Below, in pieces: positions 1 through 10,289 of a stretch of DNA of 64,000 nt (positions are counted from its first letter, which is position 1; the number at the start of each line of letters is the position of its first letter). The stretch comes from Candidatus Berkelbacteria bacterium (lineage in GTDB: Bacteria > Patescibacteriota > UBA1384 > JACPKC01), in the NCBI GenBank assembly GCA_016187225.1, contig JACPKC010000010.1, positions 234,283 to 298,282 of the forward strand, in the 5' to 3' direction. The notes under the pieces are model-generated. The model saw only the letters and a program-made list of their open reading frames with translations, made no database searches and was not told where the DNA came from. A program made the translations under genes and the position numbers.

Positions 1-339
1 AGCCGGCAAGTGTTTTGTTGAGATTATTTTAGCGAGTTGACTAACCTGTTCAGGGGAACGGAGGACACCATCAAGAATGACTCCTTGGCGAAGGTCCTGC
101 ATCTCCAAATAATGGCCAACAACTGCCGCCCATTGCTCAATCGTCATGATTCGACCATGATTTAAGTTATCCGCTACTGATTTACCAAGCGGAGTTGGCT
201 CTTGAGCAACTATGCGAAAAATATCACCCGCAATAATATGTTGCAAGTTGAGTTTTTTGGAAAGTAAACTTGCTTGAGTGCCTTTTCCCGATCCTTGAAT
301 ACCAATAAATACTAAGAGTTTTGGTTTCACAAGCTTCAT
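1..339 (-). CDS. adk: adenylate kinase, N-terminal part (runs off window start)
   Basis: Reverse-strand translation from ATG at about 339 gives MKLVKPKLLVFIGIQGSGKGTQAS..., i.e. the Walker A/P-loop of Adk. Position after secY matches the conserved secY-adk order. Confidence 0.8.
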   Translation of the reverse strand, partial: MKLVKPKLLVFIGIQGSGKGTQASLLSKKLNLQHIIAGDIFRIVAQEPTPLGKSVADNLNHGRIMTIEQWAAVVGHYLEMQDLRQGVILDGVLRSPEQVSQLAKIISTKHLPA

Positions 340-1367
340 TTTTCTCCTCTCGCCCAGCCGATAATGTAGGTGGCTCTCCCGAGAGTCTGGATTTGTCTCC
401 CGGACCCATCCAAAATATTTACCTCGCCTAAGGTTGCGGGATTATTGGTTACTTCGTTGCTGATAACGGCCGTAAATTGATCAATCTCTGTGGTGCGCAG
501 AGAGCGTTCCTTGCCCGGCAGATTAGCGAAATCACCATAAGCGCCAGTATTGAGATCAACCAAAACTATTTTAGCTTGATTTTGGCCATCACGATTAACT
601 GGTTCAAGAACTGCTAGTAAGGAAGTGGCGTTAAGCCAGACAAGATCCGTCGCAACTGAATCTTTGGCGAATGAAGTAGTCGTTTGAATTTTGTCCTCAA
701 AATAAGTTTTGATCGCTTGCCCATTTTCGTCGGTAGCTTGGCCGCTAATATAGGCCAGACGCGTACTCGTTTGATCCCAGACTGGCAGGGTCAGGCCGGT
801 ACTATTTTGATCGATCAAGGTAGCTTGGCCGCCGAGCGTACCAGCGAATAAATTGAAACCAAAGTCGCGTTCATCGTTGTTAAAACTAATGGAAGCGATT
901 TTTTGTCCATCCGGGCTTATTGCGGGCGGCGAAGTTGAAGAAATTTCTTGACTTTGAAGTGTGAATACGCCTTGTTCATCGGTGCTAATAGTTGCCAGAC
1001 GCGTTTGTGTTCCATCCGAAATTGTTGCATAGATCAAATCGCCAGCCAAACCTAAAAGAGTTTGAACTTTTAGAGTTTCGTCGGCGTCGGTAAAAAGCAG
1101 ACGTGCTGGCTCGTTCACCTTTCTTGCCTCAACTTTGGTCGTGTTATTTTCGGTGATGCCCACAAAGAGAGTTGGTGGCAGGTTTCTTTGACTTGCCTCA
1201 TCCTGGTTTTGATCTGAAGGCTGAATAAGCTCTTCTGGCGATAAATTATTTGGCGCGCCACCTTGAGAGGAATTGCTAATGTTTTGATTAACAAGCAAGA
1301 GGGTGGCAATTATAAGGCCAAAAAGAATCAAGTTCGTTATGAGGCCTTGCGATTTTCTAGAACTCAT
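336..1367 (-). CDS. membrane-anchored beta-propeller (PD40/TolB-like repeat) protein inserted between secY and adk
   Basis: ORF track 336..1430. The likely real start is the MSSRKSQ methionine near 1366, not the upstream TTG that would overlap secY by about 70 nt. It has an N-terminal TM helix followed by repeated D-G/T-W-D-like propeller strands. Confidence 0.45.
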   Translation of the reverse strand: MSSRKSQGLITNLILFGLIIATLLLVNQNISNSSQGGAPNNLSPEELIQPSDQNQDEASQRNLPPTLFVGITENNTTKVEARKVNEPARLLFTDADETLKVQTLLGLAGDLIYATISDGTQTRLATISTDEQGVFTLQSQEISSTSPPAISPDGQKIASISFNNDERDFGFNLFAGTLGGQATLIDQNSTGLTLPVWDQTSTRLAYISGQATDENGQAIKTYFEDKIQTTTSFAKDSVATDLVWLNATSLLAVLEPVNRDGQNQAKIVLVDLNTGAYGDFANLPGKERSLRTTEIDQFTAVISNEVTNNPATLGEVNILDGSGRQIQTLGRATYIIGWARGEK

Positions 1368-2619
1368 AGCGATGGGTAATAAGTTGAGCGCGAATTTGCC
1401 GCATAGTCTCGAGGCAAACTGAAACCACAATCAAGATTCCAGTTCCTCCGAGAACAAGCGTTTGAATTTCAGTTAGGCTTTGAACAATAAAGGGAAGAAC
1501 GGCAATCGCCGCGAGGAAAATTGCGCCAAAAAGAGTGACTCGATTGAGTACCTTACCAAGGTAGTCAGCAGTTTCATGGCCAGGGCGCAGACCGGGCACG
1601 AAACCACCCTGTTTTTGAATATTTTCAGCCACTTGCTCTGGTTGGAAAATAATTGAGGTGTAGAAGAATGTAAACAAAATCACGCAAATAAAATACGCGA
1701 TTGCGTAAAATGTATTGTCGTTGAAAAGTTCCACTACCCAATCGGCGACACGCCGAACTTGCTCGATATCCGTTCCTTGAAAAAAACGGGCGACGACCGG
1801 CGGGAAAATCATCATTGAAAGCGCGAAGATAATTGGGACAACGCCCGCCATAATTACCTTCAGGGGTAGGAAAGTTGCAACTCCGCTTGTTTTTTGAAGG
1901 CCACGGACGCGGCGCGCATAGGTGATTGGTATCTGTCGTTCAGCCTCGCTGACGGTTACAATTGCTAAGGTGACAATGAGTGAAATTGCCAGGAACGCGG
2001 CTAAGTTGACAACATTTAATTGGTCAATAACTGCGAAAGTTTGAGACAGAGCAGTTGGGATGCCAGCTAAAATTCCCAGTGTAATAATGAGTGACATGCC
2101 GTTGCCAATCCCGTTTTCGGTAATTAATTCACCGAGCCACATTAAAAGAACTGTGCCGGCTGTAATAGTTAGAAGAATCGTAATTAAATCAACTGGCGCG
2201 AAGGTGCCGACAATACCTTGATTGCGAAGTAAAATGAGCGTGCTGTAACCTTGCAGAACAGCCAGAGGAACGGTAAGTAAGCGAGTATATTGGTTGATTT
2301 TTTGGCGACCTGATTCACCTTCTTTTTGAAGCTCCTCAAAGCGAGGAATGATAATAATCAAGAGCTGAAAGATAATCGAAGCGGTAATATAGGGTCCAAC
2401 ACCCATCAGAACAAGCGAGAAGTTTTCCATTGAACCGCCCGTAAAAAGGTTGAGAAGTCCAAAGAGACTATTGCGGGCAAAAAATTCCCTAAGGGCCTCA
2501 AGGTCAACGCCGGGCATCGGCAGGTGCGCTAAAATTCGAAATAGACCGAGAATGCCTAGAGTATACAAAACACGTTTTCGCAAGACGGGATTTTTGAAGA
2601 TCGCGCGGAGCGTTTCCAT
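1357..2619 (-). CDS. secY: preprotein translocase subunit SecY
   Basis: 420-aa multi-TM protein ending in ...ITHRYEF, in the canonical position after rplO. Confidence 0.9.
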   Translation of the reverse strand: METLRAIFKNPVLRKRVLYTLGILGLFRILAHLPMPGVDLEALREFFARNSLFGLLNLFTGGSMENFSLVLMGVGPYITASIIFQLLIIIIPRFEELQKEGESGRQKINQYTRLLTVPLAVLQGYSTLILLRNQGIVGTFAPVDLITILLTITAGTVLLMWLGELITENGIGNGMSLIITLGILAGIPTALSQTFAVIDQLNVVNLAAFLAISLIVTLAIVTVSEAERQIPITYARRVRGLQKTSGVATFLPLKVIMAGVVPIIFALSMMIFPPVVARFFQGTDIEQVRRVADWVVELFNDNTFYAIAYFICVILFTFFYTSIIFQPEQVAENIQKQGGFVPGLRPGHETADYLGKVLNRVTLFGAIFLAAIAVLPFIVQSLTEIQTLVLGGTGILIVVSVCLETMRQIRAQLITHRYEF

Positions 2620-2628
2620 CTTTCTTTC

Positions 2629-3042
2629 CTATTTGAATTGTTGATGAATTGATTGCGTGAAACGCACTCCGCTAAACTTGAGCGATTTAGTTAGTTGGCC
2701 GCGCTTAATGATCTTTACTGAAATTATTTTTGGTTTAATGAGACCCTTGTTCTTAAGAGTGCGCACAGAAACACGCTCACCTACTTGGTAGACTTGGTCA
2801 AGTTTTTCAAGCGTAATCGCGGCACGATCAAAACGTGGACTAAAACCTTCGCCGCGGCGTTTGGGCAGACGAATGTATAAACGGGATTGCCCACCCTCGA
2901 AGCCTGTGGGAATGTTTGCGCCAGTGCGAGCTTTTTGACCTTTTGTACCCCGACCGCCAGTTTTACCTTGCCCGGCGGCTATGCCACGGCCGCGACGCTT
3001 GGCTCGATTGGAAACTTGTTTCAAATTATGCAAGAAAGCCAT
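2629..3042 (-). CDS. rplO: 50S ribosomal protein L15
   Basis: Glycine/arginine-rich N-terminus (RGRGIAAGQGKTGGRGTKGQK) typical of L15. It directly follows rpsE with no L30 gene between. Confidence 0.9.
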   Translation of the reverse strand: MAFLHNLKQVSNRAKRRGRGIAAGQGKTGGRGTKGQKARTGANIPTGFEGGQSRLYIRLPKRRGEGFSPRFDRAAITLEKLDQVYQVGERVSVRTLKNKGLIKPKIISVKIIKRGQLTKSLKFSGVRFTQSIHQQFK

Positions 3043-3044
3043 GG

Positions 3045-3518
3045 TTATTCCTTTGAGTTCAGCGCGCGTTCATTGATTTCTTTGAGCGCGGCGAGAGTTG
3101 CGGAAACATTATTGATGTTATTCGATGAGCCGATAATTTTTGAGAGAATATTTCGAATGCCGGCTAATTCGATCACAGCTCGCACTGCTCCGCCGGCAAT
3201 CACTGAAGTGCCGCCGCCAGCTGGTTTGAGAAAAATTTTGGCGCTTCCATATTTATACATTGTTTCGTGAGGAATTGTATCATTGACAATCGGAACTTCA
3301 ATTAGATGTTTCTTAGCGTCAGCCGAGGCTTTTTTAATTGCCGCTTGCACCTCGCCTGCTTTGCCAATACCCATGCCAACACTCCCTTTGTGATTGCCAA
3401 GCACGACCAGTGCTCGGAAACGCATGCGTTTGCCACCTTTAACAGTTCGGGAGACGCGATTCACCTCCACGACGCGTTCTTCAAATTCCTTTTCAGATTG
3501 TTCTTTGGGACGAGACAT
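3045..3518 (-). CDS. rpsE: 30S ribosomal protein S5
   Basis: S5 dsRBD and C-terminal domain motifs ([21 protein letters not shown]). Confidence 0.9.
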   Translation of the reverse strand: MSRPKEQSEKEFEERVVEVNRVSRTVKGGKRMRFRALVVLGNHKGSVGMGIGKAGEVQAAIKKASADAKKHLIEVPIVNDTIPHETMYKYGSAKIFLKPAGGGTSVIAGGAVRAVIELAGIRNILSKIIGSSNNINNVSATLAALKEINERALNSKE

Positions 3519-3527
3519 GATGCTCCT

Positions 3528-3863
3528 CTAAATAGTTAAACCTGATTCACGCACTGTCTTGGCAAAGGCCGCAATCCGTCCATGATAACGGTAACCGCGT
3601 CGATCCAAGACTGCCTGTTTTAAGCCGGCTTGTTTAGCTTTTCCTGCGATTGCTTTTCCGACTGCGTGCGCCTGCTGGATGCCGGTAAGTTTGCTTTTGA
3701 GTTCATGGTCACCTCCGGCCAGCACAGTTTTACCAGACTGATCGTCAATAAATTGAACACGGAAATGCTTGGCGGTTCGTTCAATACAAATACGTGGCCG
3801 TTCAGCTGTGCCGCTCAAGCGCGCCCGAATGCGTCTGATTCTTTGAATGCGTTTTGGATCCAT
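3528..3863 (-). CDS. rplR: 50S ribosomal protein L18
   Basis: 111-aa basic protein at the expected position in the spc operon. Confidence 0.85.
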   Translation of the reverse strand: MDPKRIQRIRRIRARLSGTAERPRICIERTAKHFRVQFIDDQSGKTVLAGGDHELKSKLTGIQQAHAVGKAIAGKAKQAGLKQAVLDRRGYRYHGRIAAFAKTVRESGLTI

Positions 3864-3872
3864 AAGATGTCC

Positions 3873-4421
3873 TTAAGCCGCTCCGGTAGCCTTGGCCGCT
3901 TTTCCGGCCTTGCGGCGAACAATTTCATCACTATAACGAATTCCTTTACCTTTATAAGGCTCGGGTGGTCGAACGCGTCGAATTTCAGCGGCAGTTTGGC
4001 CAACTAATTGTTTGTTTATGCCGCCGACATTAATTGTATTTTTTTGGACAGTAAATTCAATTCCCTCTGGGCAGTGAATAAAAACTGGATGAGAAAAGCC
4101 GATCGCAAGCGTTAAATTTTTATCCTGTAAGGCGGCGCGGTAACCCACTCCGTGGAGTTCGAGTTTCTTAATAAATCCCTTGGTCACGCCCTCAATCGCG
4201 CCTGTAATTAAACGTGCGGTTAAGCCCTGCAAGGATTTTTCGAGCTTGGAAGCGCTTTTAATTTCAAGCCTAAGTATGGAGTCGGCTTGATTAAATCCAA
4301 GGCGTTTATTTAGAGGAACCTTGAGTTCACCCTTTGGGCCGCTAATGATGATCTCATCACTAACGAGCGTGACAGTCACGTCTTGAGGAATCTTAATTGG
4401 GCGGCGGCCGATTCGACTCAT
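3873..4421 (-). CDS. rplF: 50S ribosomal protein L6
   Basis: 182 aa starting MSRIGRRPIKIP, the typical L6 N-terminus. Confidence 0.9.
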   Translation of the reverse strand: MSRIGRRPIKIPQDVTVTLVSDEIIISGPKGELKVPLNKRLGFNQADSILRLEIKSASKLEKSLQGLTARLITGAIEGVTKGFIKKLELHGVGYRAALQDKNLTLAIGFSHPVFIHCPEGIEFTVQKNTINVGGINKQLVGQTAAEIRRVRPPEPYKGKGIRYSDEIVRRKAGKAAKATGAA

Positions 4422-4810
4422 GATAACACCTCACAGAGCACCTCGCCGCCTAAATGTTGACGACGCGCTTGATCGCCAGTCATTAAGCCGCTGGGTGTTG
4501 AAATGATTACTAATCCAAATCCACCCTTTGGCCGGGGAATTTGATTAGATTTAACGTAAATGCGCAGACCTGGTTTAGAGATACGCCGGATCACTCGGAT
4601 TGCCGATAGGTCGCCTCTGTACTTTAGTTTTAGAGTAAGAGTTTTTTTGTTTTCTATCTCACTCGTTTGGGCTGAACTCAAAAAACCATGCTTAATCAAA
4701 AGTTGGGCAATCGTTTCTTTTAAGCGTGAATGAGGCAAATTTATCTCGATCTGATGACCGAGTGCCGCATTCCGAATTCGAGTTAGCATATCTGCGATTG
4801 GATCCATCAC
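4418..4810 (-). CDS. rpsH: 30S ribosomal protein S8
   Basis: MMDPIADMLTRIRNA, the classic S8 N-terminus. Confidence 0.9.
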   Translation of the reverse strand: MMDPIADMLTRIRNAALGHQIEINLPHSRLKETIAQLLIKHGFLSSAQTSEIENKKTLTLKLKYRGDLSAIRVIRRISKPGLRIYVKSNQIPRPKGGFGLVIISTPSGLMTGDQARRQHLGGEVLCEVLS

Positions 4811-4815
4811 AACTC

Positions 4816-5001
4816 CTACCAGGATGATTTTACAATTCCAGGAATTTCGCCACGCACCGCTTTTTCACGAAAACAAATCCGGCATAAACCGAAAGCACGT
4901 AAGTAACTACGATTGCGACCACAGATGCCACACCGGTTAACTCCGCGTGTTGAGAATTTTGGCGAACGAGAAGCACGGGCGATAAGTGATTTTTTGGCCA
5001 T
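4816..5001 (-). CDS. rpsZ: 30S ribosomal protein S14, type Z (zinc-binding short form)
   Basis: About 61 aa from [10 protein letters not shown], with CGICGR...CRIC Cys4 motif. The ORF track extends it to 5061 using an upstream in-frame Met. Confidence 0.85.
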   Translation of the reverse strand: MAKKSLIARASRSPKFSTRGVNRCGICGRNRSYLRAFGLCRICFREKAVRGEIPGIVKSSW

Positions 5002-5002
5002 A

Positions 5003-5554
5003 CTATTTATCTCCTTGAGGCTGGGCGAGGGGTAAACCGAGAGCGCGTAAGAGAGTTTCACCTTCGGCGTTGGTGTGAGCCGACGTTGTTAAGGCAACTG
5101 ATAGGCCATAAAACTGACTGACCGATTCATGGTCAATTTCAGGAAAGACTGTGTGCTCTCGAATCCCAAAGGTGTAGTTGCCCTTGCGATCAAAATTTGA
5201 AAGCGATAAGCCTCGAAAGTCGCGAATCCGCGGCAAAGTGATCCGCACTAGTCGCTCGATGAAATCGTGCATTCGTTGGCCACGAAGTGTGACCGAGAGA
5301 CCAATTGGCTCTCCTTGGCGTAACTTAAAGCCGGCAATCGCTTTTCGAGCGCGTCGCAGAATCGGTTTTTGCCCTGCAATACGTTCGAGGTCTTTGGCGA
5401 TGGTTTCAGTGAGATTTGAAACTTTTCGAAGCGATCCAAGGCCGACATTGAGCGTTACTTTAAATAGCCTGGGCACGGCTAGGTGGTTCTTAATTCCTAA
5501 CTCTTGGGCGAGTTTAGGGCGAATTTCAGTTTTCATTCGATGCAATAAGGTCAT
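5003..5554 (-). CDS. rplE: 50S ribosomal protein L5
   Basis: L5 homology. The internal Met at about 5554 avoids a 40-nt overlap with rplX (track ORF extends to 5602). Confidence 0.85.
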   Translation of the reverse strand: MTLLHRMKTEIRPKLAQELGIKNHLAVPRLFKVTLNVGLGSLRKVSNLTETIAKDLERIAGQKPILRRARKAIAGFKLRQGEPIGLSVTLRGQRMHDFIERLVRITLPRIRDFRGLSLSNFDRKGNYTFGIREHTVFPEIDHESVSQFYGLSVALTTSAHTNAEGETLLRALGLPLAQPQGDK

Positions 5555-5562
5555 GGGGCCTG

Positions 5563-5892
5563 CTACTTTGCTTCTTTGGGAATTGAAACGGCGTTTTGGC
5601 ATTTCTTGCAGATTCGAAGACTTCCCTTGGCAGTGCTCTTATGATTAATGCGTGTTGGTTTTCCGCAATTGAGACACATAAGCATAACATTGCTGACATG
5701 AATCGGGGCGGCAAAACTAATAATATCGCCATGTGGCTGACGCGGTGTTGGCTTAGTGTGACGTTTGACAAGGTTCAAGCCTTCAACCACTACTCTTTGT
5801 GCTTTCGGTAAGGCGCGGATCACTTTGCCGGTTTTACCCCTGTCTTTTCCAGATAATAGTTTGACTGCATCGTCTTTTCGAATTTGCATCAC
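5563..5892 (-). CDS. rplX: 50S ribosomal protein L24 with C-terminal Cys4 cluster
   Basis: KOW motif ([10 protein letters not shown]), then HVSNVM and a CLNCGKPTR...RICKKCQ tail. Confidence 0.85.
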   Translation of the reverse strand: MMQIRKDDAVKLLSGKDRGKTGKVIRALPKAQRVVVEGLNLVKRHTKPTPRQPHGDIISFAAPIHVSNVMLMCLNCGKPTRINHKSTAKGSLRICKKCQNAVSIPKEAK

Positions 5893-6257
5893 ACTACCTC
5901 CGGCGCGAGTGAGATAATTTTTTGATAGCCCCGACCTCTAATTTCTCTGGCGACCGGTCCTAAGACTCGTGTCCCACGTGGCTGATCGGCGTCATCGATA
6001 ATTACCACCGCATTGTCGTCAAAACGAATCGTGCTACCGTCGGGTCGCTGAAAAGGAAAGCGCTGGCGGACAATAACGGCTTTGACGATTTGTTTTTTTA
6101 AAACTGTGCCGCGGGGTAAAGCATCTTTGACCGTCGCGACGATTACATCGCCGATTTGAGCGGCATCTTGCTTGGCGCCTTTAATAACACGAATGCACAT
6201 TACTTCTTTCGCGCCAGAGTTATCGGCTACTCTAACTCGACTGTAGGATTGAATCAT
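5889..6257 (-). CDS. rplN: 50S ribosomal protein L14
   Basis: [17 protein letters not shown], the L14 N-terminus. Confidence 0.9.
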   Translation of the reverse strand: MIQSYSRVRVADNSGAKEVMCIRVIKGAKQDAAQIGDVIVATVKDALPRGTVLKKQIVKAVIVRQRFPFQRPDGSTIRFDDNAVVIIDDADQPRGTRVLGPVAREIRGRGYQKIISLAPEVV

Positions 6258-6511
6258 AGTTCAGTTTCCTTGGCCGCTTCAGCTACCTTGAGCACGACCC
6301 AAGCCTTACGTTTGCTGATCGGACGGTTTTCTTCAATTTCTACGAAGTCGCCAATGTTAAGGGTAAGCTCGGCAGGTATATGCGCCAGAATATTTCGGCT
6401 TACTTGATATGCCTTATCGTAAAGTGGGTGGCGGTGCATACGGTCAACACGAATTCGCGCCGTTGGGGCGTTCACCTTAACCACTTTGCCAATTTTACGC
6501 TTTCGTGCCAT
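6254..6511 (-). CDS. rpsQ: 30S ribosomal protein S17
   Basis: 85-aa OB-fold protein in the expected position. Confidence 0.85.
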   Translation of the reverse strand: MARKRKIGKVVKVNAPTARIRVDRMHRHPLYDKAYQVSRNILAHIPAELTLNIGDFVEIEENRPISKRKAWVVLKVAEAAKETEL

Positions 6512-6520
6512 AGATAATCC

Positions 6521-6736
6521 TTATGCCTTGTGGGCAGTCACTTTTTCACCAAGCAGAGTCCAAAGTTGAGAGAGTTCTCTTCGAGCTATGCGGAACTCTT
6601 TAAGCGCGCCAACTTTACCAAAACCCAGGTCAAAACGCAAGGTGCAAAGGCGGTCATACCGCTTGGCAATTTCTGCCTTAAGCCAGAGTTCATCCTGGCC
6701 ACGGCTAGACGTTAGGAATGAATTAACTTTAGACAT
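6521..6736 (-). CDS. rpmC: 50S ribosomal protein L29
   Basis: 71-aa helical protein between L16 and S17. Confidence 0.8.
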   Translation of the reverse strand: MSKVNSFLTSSRGQDELWLKAEIAKRYDRLCTLRFDLGFGKVGALKEFRIARRELSQLWTLLGEKVTAHKA

Positions 6737-6737
6737 C

Positions 6738-7151
6738 TTAAATCTCTTCTTTAATGATTATTTTTGTGCGGACTGAAAGTTTTTGAGCGGCCAGCCGCAG
6801 GGCTTCGCTGGCAATTTCTTGAGATACGCCGTCGAGCTCAAAGATAATGCGGCCGGGCCGAATGACAGCCACAAAGTGGTCGAGAGCGCCTTTGCCGCTT
6901 CCCATCGGTGTTTCAGGCGAGGCTTTAGTGACTGGTTTATCTGGGAAAATACGAATCCAGACTTTACCGCCGCGTTGGATGTAGCGCGTAATTGCTCGCC
7001 GCCCAGCCTCAATTTGGCGTGAGCTCACCCAGCCTCGACTTTGCGCTTTCACGCCAAACTTGCCAAAACTCAATTGGTTACCCCGCTGGGCGTTGCCACC
7101 GCGCTTGCCGCGATGTTGTTTTCGATGTTTAAGTTTTTTAGGTAAAAGCAT
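6738..7151 (-). CDS. rplP: 50S ribosomal protein L16
   Basis: [15 protein letters not shown], the L16 N-terminus. Confidence 0.9.
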   Translation of the reverse strand: MLLPKKLKHRKQHRGKRGGNAQRGNQLSFGKFGVKAQSRGWVSSRQIEAGRRAITRYIQRGGKVWIRIFPDKPVTKASPETPMGSGKGALDHFVAVIRPGRIIFELDGVSQEIASEALRLAAQKLSVRTKIIIKEEI

Positions 7152-7162
7152 AGGGGTTCACC

Positions 7163-7894
7163 TTAAACTTGGCGACGGCCTTGGGGCTTCAAAACATCGG
7201 CCAGTCGATCGCCACGGTAAATCCAGACTTTCACGCCGATTGTTCCGTAGGATGAAGTTTTAGCGTCAAAGTGGGCATAATCGATGTCATTTCGGAAAGT
7301 TGAGAGAGGCACGGTGCCTTCAGAGAATTTTTCACGACGGGCAATATCCGCGCCATTCAGACGGCCAGCGACCGCGATTCGAATGCCCTGCGCATTGCGT
7401 TGGATTGTTCTTTCAATTGCCTGGCGCACTACTCGCCGATAGGGCATCCTGTTTTCAATTTGATGGGCAATTGTTTGAGCAACGAGCGCGGCATAAAGCT
7501 CTGGCGCCTTAATCTCGATAATTTCTAGTTTCAAACCGGTTGGAAGATCTTTCTTGCGCTCGGAGGCGACGCGCACATAATTAGACAGATTGCGATCCCG
7601 AAAAGATTGAAGTTTGCGTTCCAGAGTAGTGCGTAAACCTTGGACACCAGCTCCGCCGCGACCAATCACAATACCCGGTTTTGCGGTATGGATGATCACC
7701 TTAACTTCTTGAGCATTTCTTTCAATTTCAACGCGTTCGATCGCCGCATCTTTTCGATAAGTAGTTGTGATGAGTCTGCGAATGAAGGCATCCTCGATAA
7801 TATTGTAGGGTGCGAGATGAGTTGCAAACCACTTTGAACGCCACTCGCGAGTGAGCGGTAAACGATTAGCAAGAGGATGAGTTTTGTGTGACAT
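7163..7894 (-). CDS. rpsC: 30S ribosomal protein S3
   Basis: KH domain plus S3 C-terminal domain, 243 aa. Confidence 0.9.
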   Translation of the reverse strand: MSHKTHPLANRLPLTREWRSKWFATHLAPYNIIEDAFIRRLITTTYRKDAAIERVEIERNAQEVKVIIHTAKPGIVIGRGGAGVQGLRTTLERKLQSFRDRNLSNYVRVASERKKDLPTGLKLEIIEIKAPELYAALVAQTIAHQIENRMPYRRVVRQAIERTIQRNAQGIRIAVAGRLNGADIARREKFSEGTVPLSTFRNDIDYAHFDAKTSSYGTIGVKVWIYRGDRLADVLKPQGRRQV

Positions 7895-7896
7895 GT

Positions 7897-8247
7897 TTAT
7901 TCCTGATCTTTTTGAGTGCGTTCAACGACTAGAGTTAGATGAGAGCCGCGTTTGGCAAATCGACCCGCTCGGCCGCGACTTTTGATACGTGTTCGATAGA
8001 GTCGTCTGGCTTCATTACAGAAAATTTCTTGCACTCGAAGTTCTTCCGGTCGGATGGCTGGATCTCGGTCGCGCGCCGCGGAAATTGAGGCTAAGAGGAG
8101 CTTATAGATTGGTTCGGTGGTTGTACGGGGGGAATTTTTCATTTGTGCCAAAGCCATTGGGATTGAAGTATGGCGAAGCTGACCAAGAACGGCGCGAATT
8201 TTTCGGGGCGCTATCAATAATTTATTGTAGTGAACGGTAACTTGCAT
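7897..8247 (-). CDS. rplV: 50S ribosomal protein L22
   Basis: 116 aa in the expected S10-operon position. Confidence 0.85.
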   Translation of the reverse strand: MQVTVHYNKLLIAPRKIRAVLGQLRHTSIPMALAQMKNSPRTTTEPIYKLLLASISAARDRDPAIRPEELRVQEIFCNEARRLYRTRIKSRGRAGRFAKRGSHLTLVVERTQKDQE

Positions 8248-8249
8248 AA

Positions 8250-8546
8250 TTATTTACCTGTTTCTTGAGTCTTAGCTTGCGCTTCGGCTGTTTTACCGCC
8301 ATGACGCTTGAATTTACGCGTTGGCGAAAATTCTCCGAGCTTATGACCAACCATATCTTCCACAACTGAAACCGAAATAAAATCCTTACCATTATGAACC
8401 TGAAAAGTTAATCCGACCATTTCGGGTGTAATCGTGCTCGCCCGTGCCCAAGTTCTGATCGCCGAGTTTTTGCTTCGAGGGGCAGTTTCGACTTTTTTCA
8501 TAAGTTTTGGGTCAAGAAAAGGACCTTTTTTCAGTGAACGGCTCAT
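8250..8546 (-). CDS. rpsS: 30S ribosomal protein S19
   Basis: [15 protein letters not shown], the S19 N-terminus. Confidence 0.9.
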   Translation of the reverse strand: MSRSLKKGPFLDPKLMKKVETAPRSKNSAIRTWARASTITPEMVGLTFQVHNGKDFISVSVVEDMVGHKLGEFSPTRKFKRHGGKTAEAQAKTQETGK

Positions 8547-8549
8547 AAT

Positions 8550-9392
8550 TTATCTCCGTGTTTCGTGACGACTGCGCGCAATGAAGGTATTGGTTCTCTT
8601 ATTCCGGCGAGTGCGCTTACCCAGAGCATGTTTGCCCCAGGGTGTTTTTGGATATTTAAGGCCGATCGAGTTACTTCCTTCACCGCCGCCGTGCGGGTGA
8701 TCATTCGTGTTCATCGCTTTACCGCGAACTTGTGGTCGCCAGCCCATGTGGCGCACTCGGCCAGCCTTGCCCAGCATGACACTTGAATGTTCAGGGTTGC
8801 TTACACTGCCCAACGAGGCATACGCGGCTGCTAAAACTCGTCGAATTTCCCCAGAAGGCAATTTAATTTGAACATAACGGCCATTATCTTCATGCGACTG
8901 AATGGTCGCGCTTGCCCCGGCTGATCGAACCATTGCGCCTTTGCGGTTCGGGTCGAGGGCAATGTCGTAGATTTGAAAACCTCGAGGAATCTTACCAAGT
9001 GGCAGACGATTGCCGTTTTCAAGCAGCGCCTTCTCACCAGCCTCAATGATTTGGTCGATCTTCATCTCATGCGCCGCCAATATATAAGCACGCGTTCCTT
9101 CATTGTATTCGATGAGCGCGATGTTGGCGCTTCGGTTTGGGTCGTATTCAAGAGCAAGAATTTTGGCTTGTGTCACCGGCCCCTTCTCTAAGGCGCTAAT
9201 GATTCGATAATGTCGTTTATTTCCGCCACCTCTATGCCGAATGCTGATTCTTCCAAAGCGATCCCTGCCGGCATGTTTTTTGAGAATCTCGGTGAGAGAT
9301 TTTTCGGGTCGTTTTTTAGATAAATGTGTTTGCCGATTAATTGACATGCCGCGTTGGCCTGGTGTCGTAGGACGGCGAAAAATAACAGGCAT
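8550..9392 (-). CDS. rplB: 50S ribosomal protein L2
   Basis: 280 aa with the GGGEGSNSIGLKY...HPHGGGEG motif region. Confidence 0.9.
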   Translation of the reverse strand: MPVIFRRPTTPGQRGMSINRQTHLSKKRPEKSLTEILKKHAGRDRFGRISIRHRGGGNKRHYRIISALEKGPVTQAKILALEYDPNRSANIALIEYNEGTRAYILAAHEMKIDQIIEAGEKALLENGNRLPLGKIPRGFQIYDIALDPNRKGAMVRSAGASATIQSHEDNGRYVQIKLPSGEIRRVLAAAYASLGSVSNPEHSSVMLGKAGRVRHMGWRPQVRGKAMNTNDHPHGGGEGSNSIGLKYPKTPWGKHALGKRTRRNKRTNTFIARSRHETRR

Positions 9393-9393
9393 G

Positions 9394-9693
9394 TTACTTC
9401 TCCTCGCTTTTTTGAGCTGGCGTTTCTACTGGCAGTTCAAAACCGGGGATTTTTTCACCTTTTTTGAGGCGGATAATTGCCTTAATCTTGGGTGAGGTTA
9501 CCCCATTGCGTTTGGGTTTGGCCGCGGTTTTGGCGATATTTACATCAATCACATGCACTTTATAGGCCTGCTCGACGGCGCGTTCGATCGTTAATTTATT
9601 GCTATATCTCGGGATGCGAAATGTAAATTGACTCTCACTAACCAGGCGAAGTGATTTTTCAGTAATTACCGGTTTGAGTTGAATATGCTTCAT
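9394..9693 (-). CDS. rplW: 50S ribosomal protein L23
   Basis: 99 aa in the expected position. Confidence 0.85.
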   Translation of the reverse strand: MKHIQLKPVITEKSLRLVSESQFTFRIPRYSNKLTIERAVEQAYKVHVIDVNIAKTAAKPKRNGVTSPKIKAIIRLKKGEKIPGFELPVETPAQKSEEK

Positions 9694-10289
9694 ACCTTCG
9701 ATTTCCCAGGTGCACGGCGAGTCGGTTTTGTGGACTCTATTAAGTTTGCGCGTTTTTTAAGATGAGTTAAAGCTTCATCAGTGCCCAAGATGGCGTCGGC
9801 TCGGAGTAGGTCTTCGGCAGTTACGTTCTTAGCGAGGCGGATTTCGACGCTGGGTAAATTTTTGACAGCGCGGCTTAAAGTTAAGTCGCTTTTGACGAGG
9901 ATGATTGTGATTTGCTGTTTGTCAATCGAACTTAATGCTTGAGCCAAGGTTTTTGTTTTTCCGTCGGTCGGCCAGTTTTTCATTTCAATAAGACCGTTCG
10001 CTTGAGCTTGAATCGCAAGCGCGATTTTAAGCGCGTGTTTTTTAAATGAATCAGTTAGCGCCAGGCGATAATCACGTTTTTTTCTTGGACCGAAAACTAC
10101 TCCCCCGGTTCGCCAAATAGGATTGCGGATTGAGCCAACTCGAGCCCGTCCAGTCCCCTTTTGACGCCAAGGTTTGCGTCCGCCTCCGCTGACTTCGCCC
10201 CGCGTTTTTGTGTTCGCCAAAACTTGGCGACGATTCGCCGCATAACCGCGCAGTGCTAGAGCGAGGGCAATTTGCTTATTACTCATCAC
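9690..10289 (-). CDS. rplD: 50S ribosomal protein L4
   Basis: 199 aa with an L4-like glycine-rich loop (GGGRKPWRQKGTGRAR). Confidence 0.9.
   Translation of the reverse strand: MMSNKQIALALALRGYAANRRQVLANTKTRGEVSGGGRKPWRQKGTGRARVGSIRNPIWRTGGVVFGPRKKRDYRLALTDSFKKHALKIALAIQAQANGLIEMKNWPTDGKTKTLAQALSSIDKQQITIILVKSDLTLSRAVKNLPSVEIRLAKNVTAEDLLRADAILGTDEALTHLKKRANLIESTKPTRRAPGKSKV

Noticed and set aside
336-1430. TTG start at 1430 for the propeller-protein ORF
   Set aside because: It would overlap secY by about 70 nt. The internal Met (MSSRK…) just after the secY stop is the more plausible start.
5003-5602. Upstream Met start giving a 40-nt rplE/rplX overlap
   Set aside because: The internal Met ([20 protein letters not shown]) aligns with L5 N-termini and removes the overlap.
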